Made by a program: the position numbers and the translations under genes. The notes under the pieces are model-generated. The model was not told the DNA's origin, did not search any database, and saw nothing but the letters and a program-made list of their open reading frames with translations. Positions 1 to 8,000 of a DNA stretch of 21,257 nt are shown here, piece by piece. Source of the DNA: Oligoflexus sp. (GTDB lineage: Bacteria; Bdellovibrionota_B; Oligoflexia; Oligoflexales; Oligoflexaceae); the NCBI GenBank assembly GCA_041736305.1, contig JBGSTX010000055.1, positions 1 through 21,257 on the forward strand. Direction: 5' to 3'. Within the stretch, counting starts at the first letter, position 1, and every line of letters starts with the position of its first letter.

Positions 1-155
1 TTGGCTAGAGTGCTCGTGAGAGCAGGCTCTCTGAGTTGGGCTGAGTCCGTTTTCTGAACCTTGGTATAAGCGGGAGTTCGAACAAAAGCAGTCGAAGGCT
101 CAAAAAGTTCGCAGAGCAACGCCAATATCAAAAAATATAAGTGAAATCTTTTGAT
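1..155 (-). CDS. Possible 5' end of an exported protein running off the window edge; start codon unclear
   Basis: Hand translation of the minus strand gives (I)KRFHLYFLILALLCELFEPSTAFVRTPAYTKVQKTDSAQLREPALTSTLA, open to position 1 and shaped like a signal peptide. AAAGGA lies 9 nt before an ATC codon at 155-153. There is no in-frame ATG; in-frame TTGs lie slightly downstream. Confidence 0.3.
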   Translation of the reverse strand, partial: MKRFHLYFLILALLCELFEPSTAFVRTPAYTKVQKTDSAQLREPALTSTLA

Positions 156-555
156 TGTACTGAATCCTTTGCAGGTTTCTTTAGTTTTTCAGTTTATTTC
201 CACTGAAAAAGGGCCTTCTTTATGGTCTTTCTTACTTCCATTATCGCACAATTAAAGTTTTCCCGGACCAAATTGCGTCGCCTCACAGGCAAAAAAATTA
301 TGTCCGTTTCTCAGTCTCGGTTTCCCATGCTGCTAGGGGCTCTTGTATGGTTCGAAGGAGTGGTGAGGAAACACTGCTCCGAATCTAAAGGCTCGGCCGA
401 CAGGCTATGCACTATGCTCCCTGAGTATCATACCCTTCTGCGAAAGCAGCTGAGCCTCGAAAAGCGACTGAGAAAGGCCCGAGTCTCTGATTTCAGTCAT
501 AGTGGGATCCATGCAAACCTGCGGAAAGCAGCCCGCCTCCTGCCTCCTGAGAGTC

Positions 556-2196
556 TTACCGGACCTCGCTAACACAGCTGTTGGCCGGAAGATCCATTGT
601 ATAGTTTCGTCCATCGACCTGCAGGATTTGAGGCTGAGAAAACTTGCAGACTGTCTGGCTCTGCACAGGCGGTTGTTGACTTCTATCCTGGAGGCTGAGC
701 TCGAGTGCGCTACAGATTAGAGACTTTGCTTTCCCGACGACTGAAGTATCCAACGGAATATTCAGCCCAAGGGTTCCGCTGTCGGCATGCATGGATTGCC
801 CGGTAACGGCCAGCTGATAGGGATCGCAGCTTAGCTTGCCTTCGAGCACATTAACGCCGGGATTAAGATTCGCTACAGTCAGACGTAGTAAACCCTGATG
901 TGCTGAGGGCTCCTGGGCGTTTTCTTTGCGAACTGTGAGAGGGGCGGCGTCGCCTTCTATAACTGCATTTTTGACCTTCAAGCTTTTAAACGGAGCCTTC
1001 GTGAGATCCCAATAGGCCGACCCCCGCTTGATTGGAAATTTTGTTTCCGGCGTAAAGCTATAGCGAACAGCCTGCCTGGCGTTGAGGATGCTGGCGCTAT
1101 CGTAGATCGTCAGCGAGCTGCAGTTATAAGAACCCAGCTGATTTTTCATGGGGTGCTTGAGGAGGATCGATACTGAATGTCTGTAGGCTGGCGAGGGAGT
1201 ATCCTGATAGGAAAAAAAGTTGACGAGACCATCGTCCTCACGGCAGCGCAGAACACCAATCCCCGGCTTTGCGAAAGGCAAGGGGCCCAGCCGAGCGATC
1301 AACCACTGATCCACGATGACTGGCCGATAAGTAATGATCGTGGGTAGCTCTGTACAGAAACGATAAGGCCTTGCATCGAGGGAGCGAACCTGCCCTTCGG
1401 TCTGCTGAGTGCAGCAGGCACTCAGGTTTTCTGTTTGCCATCTATGACCATCGGCTCGGCAAGCCTGCTCGCGTGGAAAAATGCTTCGCTTCTCATAAAC
1501 GAAGCGCAGGGTCGCGATGTCGCCTGATGAAAGTCTTGAAGGTTGTACAAGCAGGTCGTTCCGGGTATTGGCGCAGTAATTCATAATCGAGTCTTTATCG
1601 AAAGATCCGATGCGAATGCCGCCCAAAATTTCATCACTGACACCACCCATTTGGGTCTCGTCACAGGTCGAATCAATGCGATCAGCTTCGTGACGCAGAC
1701 CGAGCGCATGGCCGAACTCATGGAGAGCCGTTGTGAGTAAACAATGCTCTCCACTGCAACTGCCGGGTGCGAGTATGCTTTGGAACGGTGCGATCTGGTA
1801 ATTAAAAAAGAGGCGGATGCCGCCGGGCATCCCGTCCAATTTCTTGCCAAAGGCCTTGACCTCCCCCAGAATACCGTTGCTCGCTAACTCTGCATCACTG
1901 GTCTCTTGAATCCAGATGCCCTGGTCCCCGGCACGACAAGCTTTCCAGCCTGTGAACTGAAATCCAGCCTGGCTAAATTCACGAGTCACAAGATCCTGAA
2001 TTTTTTGTCGCTGACTGGCAAAGCGATCGCTAAAATCCTGCCAGCAGACGGCGATTTCGCGTCGATCCCAGAGATAGGCTGAGCCTTCAACAACGTTGCC
2101 CTGGCTTTCTGAAAGCGAGGGTTCCCGGAATTTGCAGGCACTGAGGCTGAACAAGAGCATCGGATAGACCATGCGAGTCCAAAATTGAGTTGGCAT
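556..2196 (-). CDS. Secreted lipoprotein zinc metalloprotease (metzincin; M10/M12/M57-like) with C-terminal beta-rich extension
   Basis: Lipobox-like LSAC after a hydrophobic stretch; extended zinc motif HEFGHALGLRHE (about 1687-1722); Met-turn SIMNY; LSSGD helix typical of metzincins. Confidence 0.85.
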   Translation of the reverse strand: MPTQFWTRMVYPMLLFSLSACKFREPSLSESQGNVVEGSAYLWDRREIAVCWQDFSDRFASQRQKIQDLVTREFSQAGFQFTGWKACRAGDQGIWIQETSDAELASNGILGEVKAFGKKLDGMPGGIRLFFNYQIAPFQSILAPGSCSGEHCLLTTALHEFGHALGLRHEADRIDSTCDETQMGGVSDEILGGIRIGSFDKDSIMNYCANTRNDLLVQPSRLSSGDIATLRFVYEKRSIFPREQACRADGHRWQTENLSACCTQQTEGQVRSLDARPYRFCTELPTIITYRPVIVDQWLIARLGPLPFAKPGIGVLRCREDDGLVNFFSYQDTPSPAYRHSVSILLKHPMKNQLGSYNCSSLTIYDSASILNARQAVRYSFTPETKFPIKRGSAYWDLTKAPFKSLKVKNAVIEGDAAPLTVRKENAQEPSAHQGLLRLTVANLNPGVNVLEGKLSCDPYQLAVTGQSMHADSGTLGLNIPLDTSVVGKAKSLICSALELSLQDRSQQPPVQSQTVCKFSQPQILQVDGRNYTMDLPANSCVSEVR

Positions 2197-2256
2197 GAGA
2201 GTGTCCTAAGGATCTGTACAGTTAAACACGCTACTAGCTAATCTTCTGCATCACGA

Positions 2257-3054
2257 CTAATCGAGCCAAAAGCGTTGGTTATTTGAAATTCCACCAGGAC
2301 CGGCTACGAAGGGTTTGCAACGATAGAGTATGATGGGCTGGCCTGGGGACACTCCAGCGCTACCACCGCTAACGTCCATGCATTTGCCTGAGTCTTTAGC
2401 CAATTTTATATAACCATATCCACCGTTGTTGCCCTTATCCCAAAGCCATTTCTGATTGTCGTCATTGTTCTTGCAGACATCAATGACAACATAGCCGTCT
2501 CGAGCCGTTGCACAGCCCACCCGCAGCGATTTATTGGGTACCATGCGCGCGCCATTCCCATCAGCAGCCCATGCTGTATAGTAGGTATTGGTGCGGATCT
2601 GAACTTCCTCAGAGTTAGGCTGGGTGCTGACAATGGCAAATCTAGCACAATCACCCCACAGCCCATTGAGGTTTTTACCGGCGGTTGTTCCGTCTTTGGA
2701 GTAGTCCTGAAAAAACTTGCTGGACTTTATTGAGATAAGGCGCGAACCAGATAAGATGTTGGGATCCTTTCGAAAGATGTCGGCGACCACACCATTCTGT
2801 TGAGCTATGCCCGCAACCGTCCAGACCACACAGGCCCAATCATTGGGTCCTACGAGACGAATAGTCCCCTGCACAGCGTTGCCGCTTGTCGCCATAAGCG
2901 AGGCATCTTCGTCCGCAGGATGGTCGCCACCACTTTCTTTAGTCCTGCAGGATGAGCCAAAGCTGAGCATTAAGAGAGCGCAGATAGCGTTTCGCCAAAA
3001 GGCGGATCGAGCGTGAGGAGAATTCAGCTGCAAGGGCAGAAAACACTTGAACAT
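2257..3054 (-). CDS. Lipoprotein with ricin-type beta-trefoil (RICIN B lectin) domain
   Basis: Signal peptide ending GSSC; C-terminal repeats VCKNNDDNQKW and GYIKLAKDSGKCMDVSGG...LYRC...NQRF match the ricin QxW/QxF pattern; AAGGA RBS upstream. Confidence 0.8.
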   Translation of the reverse strand: MFKCFLPLQLNSPHARSAFWRNAICALLMLSFGSSCRTKESGGDHPADEDASLMATSGNAVQGTIRLVGPNDWACVVWTVAGIAQQNGVVADIFRKDPNILSGSRLISIKSSKFFQDYSKDGTTAGKNLNGLWGDCARFAIVSTQPNSEEVQIRTNTYYTAWAADGNGARMVPNKSLRVGCATARDGYVVIDVCKNNDDNQKWLWDKGNNGGYGYIKLAKDSGKCMDVSGGSAGVSPGQPIILYRCKPFVAGPGGISNNQRFWLD

Positions 3055-3232
3055 GGAGCGTATCCTTATAAAAAGGAGAGAATAGGCATTATCTTAAGCG
3101 TGTTTATTGCTGATGGCTAGTGGATAGCTCATTATATGGCTGGAACGGCTTTACCAAGGCTAGCAGGGACTCGAACTTTTCCCGATCAGAATTAATCCAA
3201 GAGGCCTGCGAACTCGTACTGGAAGGATCTTA

Positions 3233-4066
3233 TTATGGATGCGTCTCAGCAATAGGACTGAGCCACAGACCCCAGACCACGCCCTCCTGCAGCCATCGCC
3301 GAACGTACTCGTGCAGATCGGCTTCAGAGCCCTGGGCTTTTTTTTCAAGCTCTATCAGAGCTAAGCCAAGGTTCATTTTTTGAAGGTTTTGATAGAAACG
3401 GGATTGGAGTTGCACCAAAGGTCTATAGACCAGTGCTGCCCCTACCCTCTGGACGAGATACGTTTGTGCGTTCAAGAGGCGATCCGGCCAGGACAGTTTT
3501 TTTGACCTATCGGCTAAGAGAGCAAGGTATAGATCGAGAAGGGGCCAGTCTTCACTTATAATCATCCAATCAGCGCAAGGCTTCAAAGTCAGCTCGAAGA
3601 GATTATCGACTGCTAAGCCCTGCGGATTCCAGGCCTGAGTGAAGGGGGCAGCGAAAACTTTTTGCCTGGCCCGATCCCAGGCTGCAGCTTGCCTTAGGCA
3701 GCCCGGAGGACCTGGCAAAGTCACTTTATCCAAAAAAGTTTCGAAGTATTCTGCAAGGTCTTGTAGCGCATAAGTGCAAGGCGGATGTTCTAGAAGATAT
3801 CTCTGGGCCAAGAGATTGAAATCCCAATGGCCCATCAGTTCAGCTGTCAACGGAAATTCTTTTTGCAAAACGTTGAACAGCCTCGTCCAGTACTGAAAAT
3901 GATAAACGCTTATTCCAGCGTTTGCTGTTTCGGGGATCATTGCGTATACAGCTTTCCAATTAGATCTTGATTTTGAGTGGAAGACACCTCCTGAGGTTTC
4001 CAGTGGCGTTCGAAGAAGCTGACCCCACTGCGCCTGGAATTCTTGCAACCACTCAGGGGATTTCAT
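3233..4066 (-). CDS. DUF2063-type (BufC/HvfC-like) MNIO partner protein
   Basis: N-terminal pattern LQEFQ...GISVYHFQYWTRLFNVLQKEFP...LMGHWDF...YLLEHPP typical of DUF2063. Overlaps the DUF692 gene end. RBS AGAGGAG (4073-4079) favours the ATG at 4066 over the track's 4072. Confidence 0.8.
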   Translation of the reverse strand: MKSPEWLQEFQAQWGQLLRTPLETSGGVFHSKSRSNWKAVYAMIPETANAGISVYHFQYWTRLFNVLQKEFPLTAELMGHWDFNLLAQRYLLEHPPCTYALQDLAEYFETFLDKVTLPGPPGCLRQAAAWDRARQKVFAAPFTQAWNPQGLAVDNLFELTLKPCADWMIISEDWPLLDLYLALLADRSKKLSWPDRLLNAQTYLVQRVGAALVYRPLVQLQSRFYQNLQKMNLGLALIELEKKAQGSEADLHEYVRRWLQEGVVWGLWLSPIAETHP

Positions 4067-4886
4067 AAACATCTCCTCTATAGAAGCGCGCTTTCTGCAG
4101 TTCGGCGAGGAGGATAGGCAAGCTAGGTATCTTGCTGTCCCATTCTAAAAGAGTTGGAAAAGGACCTCCGAGTTTCCAAGCCGAAGCATAAAGATTCCAA
4201 ACTGCTTCGGCCACAGGTCCGTCATGGGTATCAACTAATCGACCGTCGCCCTGAGAGTGATGGCCAGCGAGATGGACCTGTAAAACCCTCTCAAATGGAA
4301 TGGCGGCTAAGTACTCTTTTGCATCAAAGCCATGGTTTTGGCTCGAAACATAGATGTTGTTGATATCGAGGATCATCCCTATATCAGCTCTTTCAACTAC
4401 CGAAGAAAAAAACTCCCACTCAGTCATTTCACTTCTAGCAAAAGTCACATAGCTCGATAGATTTTCCAGGGCAAAAGGGCGACCAAGGCGCTTTTGGACA
4501 TAAGCAGCTCGCTCAGCAGCAAAGTCGAGCAAATCTCGGCTATAGGGAGTTGGAAGTAGATCATGATGGGAGAGTCCATGCGAACCGGTCCAGCAAAGAT
4601 GGTCGCTAACAAAAGGAGCGTCGACGCTATCAGCTAAGCGGCAAAGCTCCTCTAAGTATGCTTCGTTCAACGCATCTGCACCAAGTAGGTTGAGACCCAC
4701 CCCATGGAGGACCACTGGATAGCGGCTGCGGACTCGCTCTAAGTTCTCTCGAGGTGGCCAAGCAGCCCCCGTGAAATTTTCAGTGATAGCTTCAAAATAG
4801 TCGACAGCTGGCCAACTCGCAAAGAGCTCAGTATAGAACTCGGTCCGCAGACCAAGTCCCAAGGCATGGGGGTGAAGTCTTTCCAA
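4053..4886 (-). CDS. DUF692 family multinuclear non-heme iron oxidative enzyme (MNIO), bufferin-maturase-like
   Basis: GLGLR N-terminus and iron-ligand motifs LHGV, SDHL, ENL, LDINNIYVS, HLAGH, DTH and LLEWD all present; TTG start 11 nt after the upstream stop. Confidence 0.95.
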   Translation of the reverse strand: MERLHPHALGLGLRTEFYTELFASWPAVDYFEAITENFTGAAWPPRENLERVRSRYPVVLHGVGLNLLGADALNEAYLEELCRLADSVDAPFVSDHLCWTGSHGLSHHDLLPTPYSRDLLDFAAERAAYVQKRLGRPFALENLSSYVTFARSEMTEWEFFSSVVERADIGMILDINNIYVSSQNHGFDAKEYLAAIPFERVLQVHLAGHHSQGDGRLVDTHDGPVAEAVWNLYASAWKLGGPFPTLLEWDSKIPSLPILLAELQKARFYRGDVYEIP

Positions 4887-4897
4887 GATCTCTCTTC

Positions 4898-5590
4898 CTA
4901 TTCTGTCATGCCCCAGCTTTTAGCTTCTATGGGCAAAGTCTTAATGTGAGCTGCGGTTCTCTTAATTTCTGCCAGCGAATAGCTCTTGTAAAAACCAGGC
5001 ATATTCGCGAATGCCACACCATCGGCGGCTACACCGTGAATACCGAAAGCAATCTTAGCTATCAGGGCACTCTCAGGACGAGCTTGGAAAGCAGCAATGG
5101 CGGCTGTCGCATCAGTGCCAGGCGCAATGGGAAGGACAAACTTATCGGTGCCTTCTCCGTGGCAAAAGCTACACTTAATCTCCGAGCCCACCTCTTTACC
5201 ATTGTCTGAACCAGTAAGAATAGCTGCACCGCTGAGACCCTTGTCCTCTGGAAGATCAACGCAGGACATACCTGCGCAAATGTTGAGAGCTTGGCAGCTG
5301 TGCTCGCTGAGTTTCCCTGAGGAGCTGTGGTAGGAAAGTCCAGCGCATGAGTTAGAACCTGAGCAGCTTGCATGGGTCTGCAATACCCCACCACGCCCCT
5401 CACAGGTACTAGTGAAGCTTTGCAGCGTGATAGTTTTGTCGACTGAAGTGGAGCTGATTGCGGGCTTAGCCGGGGACACTTCGACAATTTTTTCTTTCTC
5501 GTTTTCTCCACATCCTCCAAGCTGCGCTCCCATGAGACCCATCAAAGCTGCTCCGAGAAGACTCGATTTTACGGGTTGTACATCGCTCAT
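4898..5590 (-). CDS. Lipoprotein with Cys-rich bufferin-like (putative MNIO substrate) domain fused to a class I c-type cytochrome domain
   Basis: Lipobox LGGC (Cys27); six-Cys region C63-C110 with two CxxxNxCAG repeats; heme motif CSFCH (residues 140-144); distal-ligand-like NMPGF (Met197) and C-terminal helix SLAEIKRTAAHI; GAGG RBS. Confidence 0.8.
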   Translation of the reverse strand: MSDVQPVKSSLLGAALMGLMGAQLGGCGENEKEKIVEVSPAKPAISSTSVDKTITLQSFTSTCEGRGGVLQTHASCSGSNSCAGLSYHSSSGKLSEHSCQALNICAGMSCVDLPEDKGLSGAAILTGSDNGKEVGSEIKCSFCHGEGTDKFVLPIAPGTDATAAIAAFQARPESALIAKIAFGIHGVAADGVAFANMPGFYKSYSLAEIKRTAAHIKTLPIEAKSWGMTE

Positions 5591-5611
5591 AACTTTAATT
5601 CCTCAATGCAA

Positions 5612-5659
5612 GAAAAAATAAACGATCATGCTTCCGTGGAAACACGGAAAAGATGGTCG
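5612..5659 (-). terminator. Intrinsic terminator- or attenuator-like hairpin upstream of the MNIO operon
   Basis: Minus strand reads CGACCATCTT-TTCCGTG-TTTC-CACGGAA-GC-ATGATCG followed by TTTATTTTTTC. Confidence 0.6.
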
Positions 5660-5700
5660 ACAAAGGTCCGTTGATTTGAACAGAATTCAGTAGGGGGGCT

Positions 5701-6102
5701 TCAATAGAACTTGGGATGAGGAACGGGAGGCTCTAGTTTGAACTCAGACTTCAAACTTTTGATAAAAAAGTCAAAAAGACGTGTCGAGGAGGGTTGGAAA
5801 CGAATCCATGCCTGCGTATCGACGTTGGGTAGAAAAAAGGCAAAAAATGTCAGGAGGTCGCACTTACAAGATGCATCTGTCTTATACTGCGGCTGCTTTG
5901 CATCTAGAGGTGGACGAGACTTTGCGGTTTGAGTCTGATGGCACGAAAAAGTCAGTTCATCAGACGTAAGAATTTGGCGCGCATCCGATACAAATGCTTC
6001 AATCGCTCGGCAACGAGGGACAGTCGACAAGGCGAACGCCATCACCAAAGCAAGCCCGAGAACGAGCTGGAGTGTCTTTGATAATGAATGAAATAGGTAC
6101 AT
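5701..6102 (-). CDS. Small membrane-anchored Cys/His protein with Pro-rich C-terminus (DUF2946/CruR-like leader protein)
   Basis: N-terminal hydrophobic helix, SCH and SCKC motifs, C-terminus EPPVPHPKFY; directly upstream of and co-oriented with the MNIO operon. Confidence 0.6.
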   Translation of the reverse strand: MYLFHSLSKTLQLVLGLALVMAFALSTVPRCRAIEAFVSDARQILTSDELTFSCHQTQTAKSRPPLDAKQPQYKTDASCKCDLLTFFAFFLPNVDTQAWIRFQPSSTRLFDFFIKSLKSEFKLEPPVPHPKFY

Positions 6103-6156
6103 AACTTTGGCTGATCTCCCTGAAGACGTATAATGCTAGCATACGGAATGCTGGAG

Positions 6157-6171
6157 ATGAAAGTCTTTCAT
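6157..6171. promoter_or_regulatory. Perfect 7-1-7 inverted repeat, candidate operator
   Basis: ATGAAAG-T-CTTTCAT, about 55 bp upstream of the 6102 start in the divergent intergenic region. Confidence 0.35.
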
Positions 6172-6729
6172 AATACTGTCTCACAAGGATACCCACCAAT
6201 TTATTGGTGGAAGGAATTGGGAGAGATCTATATCCCAGGTCGGAGATAATTTTCATTCAGTTTAGACAGTAAGAATACCCGTCAACTTTTTGCGCCAGAA
6301 TGCAAAACTTGTGAGCTGTCCCCTGAACCGTTTTGCCTGCCACATCGCGAAATTCGCCGCTAGGACGGATGATCTTTATAGGGTTTATGATCAAGAGACC
6401 AGCTACCGAAATGTTCGATTTGCTGAGCTTTATCCAGCTACTCTCGGTGCGCCAAGCGATCTAAATCCCTGAGCCGCTGATCCGTGATATCGCGTGACAC
6501 GGTGGCTAGGCTATCAAGCGCCTGGGATTTTACCGGTCCTTCGTAAAAAAAGTGCCTTGTTTATCTTGTCAGAACTGAACAGCTGTCAATATTTTTGGCA
6601 GGCTACCGTCCATCTGCCGAATGGATTCTGCACCTTATCCTCTAAGCGAGTTCAGCATAGCCTTTGCAATAGGCTTCCCTATGATTTCTGAGCACGTAGA
6701 TATCAGCCCCACGTAAAGGAAAAGTTTCG

Positions 6730-7827
6730 ATGACCAAGCGCACTACGATTTTTCTATCTGTTTCTTGGCTCTCACTCGTTATAGGCGCCGCGGCCTGCAG
6801 TACCGCCCAAGATAAATCCGAGATCGCCAGCACGAGTGCTGCAGGATGCAGCAGTGGGTCTATTGAAGTCTGCGTTCTTCCTGGTGCTTATGAACTCGAT
6901 ACAGCCATCGACAGTGTCCTATCTAATCTCAAGCAAAAAGCAAAAGGCGATGGCTTCAATGGTGCCCGCGTAGCCTGTACCGAGGTGAGTTACCCCGGTG
7001 CTGAGCCGAAGGTTCTGGCAGAAGCAGCTGAGCGCGGTACCTTTATTTGCCTTTTCAATAATACTGCAACTATGAATATGGCCCTCAACCGCCTAAGCAC
7101 CTTTATCGAAGACTTCGAAACAGTCGATGCAGACGCAAAATACAGTGACGAAGTCTGGGCGGAAGAGCAGAAGTCCAACGGTTCGCTGGGACACAATCTT
7201 GAGTCCCAGGACCTGAGCCGCTACCTAAAGGAGACTAAGCCCTTCATCGAAAAAAGATCTCAGAGCCAAGTTCTTGGGATTCAGATTGAAAACGAATTTT
7301 CGAAGAAATTCATCCTACCCATGCTGCAAAACAAACCTAAATCCATCCTCCTCGGTGTGCCTTTGCCTGAAACTTCGGGCGAAGAGGCGGCTGCTGAGCT
7401 AAAGGCTGTCCTCGGCCATGAGATCTTTCACTCGCTTTATTTTCACAGCGATGTCATGCAGCAAGTTGTAAAGAGCTACGTGGATGCCGCGAGTGCCGCA
7501 GATATATCGCTGATGAAGAAGCGCCTCTCACAAAAAGGCTACGCGGTAGAGAATGAAGACGGCTCCCCTGCTAGCGCAAAGCAAAGCTACATGTTCTATA
7601 ACGAAACTGCAGCCTACCTACTCGAGTCAGGCGCTTGTACCGACGGTGCTTTTATGAGCTATGTAGATGAAAGCGTTGAAGATCTAAAGGAAATTTCTAA
7701 AACAGCCCCGCTCGTAGTCAAGCATGCCGCAAAGCTACGCGAGATTTTGGTCAGCAAACAAGTTATCGATCCGCAGTGGGCGAAAAAGTGGTCTCCAGAC
7801 CTTATTAAAGATGGCTGCCACCTTTAA
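6730..7827 (+). CDS. Lipoprotein, putative gluzincin-type zinc metallopeptidase
   Basis: Lipobox AAAC; HEIFH (HExxH) in a helix with downstream NETAAY (third-ligand Glu pattern); AAGGA RBS. Confidence 0.6.
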   Translation: MTKRTTIFLSVSWLSLVIGAAACSTAQDKSEIASTSAAGCSSGSIEVCVLPGAYELDTAIDSVLSNLKQKAKGDGFNGARVACTEVSYPGAEPKVLAEAAERGTFICLFNNTATMNMALNRLSTFIEDFETVDADAKYSDEVWAEEQKSNGSLGHNLESQDLSRYLKETKPFIEKRSQSQVLGIQIENEFSKKFILPMLQNKPKSILLGVPLPETSGEEAAAELKAVLGHEIFHSLYFHSDVMQQVVKSYVDAASAADISLMKKRLSQKGYAVENEDGSPASAKQSYMFYNETAAYLLESGACTDGAFMSYVDESVEDLKEISKTAPLVVKHAAKLREILVSKQVIDPQWAKKWSPDLIKDGCHL

Positions 7828-7867
7828 TTATTCGCCTCCCAAGCTGTCATGCTCATTGATACGTAAA

Positions 7868-7887
7868 GGCAAAGCGAAAGCTTTGCC
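7868..7887 (+). other. Perfect stem-loop downstream of the 6730 gene (terminator or RNA stabiliser)
   Basis: GGCAAAGC-GAAA-GCTTTGCC, an 8-bp stem with GNRA loop; no clear U-tract follows. Confidence 0.4.
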
Positions 7888-8000
7888 CGCATGTTTGCCT
7901 GGGAAAAATTAAATACGTTCCAATGATCTGTTTGCAAAAAAAGCACCTTCCCGTATCTTGCACGCACGTTAGAATTGTTTGCTAATTTAGGGGGATTCCA

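Noticed and set aside
222-720. ORFs 222..572, 405..614 and 502..720
   Set aside because: No recognisable motifs or clear RBS; they overlap each other and the protease 3' end, so they are probably spurious.
5062-5520. 152-aa same-strand alternative-frame ORF inside the precursor-cytochrome gene
   Set aside because: Shadow frame with no motifs; the main frame accounts for the lipobox, Cys repeats and heme motif.
5999-6833. Short ORFs in the 6102-6730 intergenic region as possible extra RiPP precursors
   Set aside because: No signal peptide, no repeated Cys motif and no convincing RBS.
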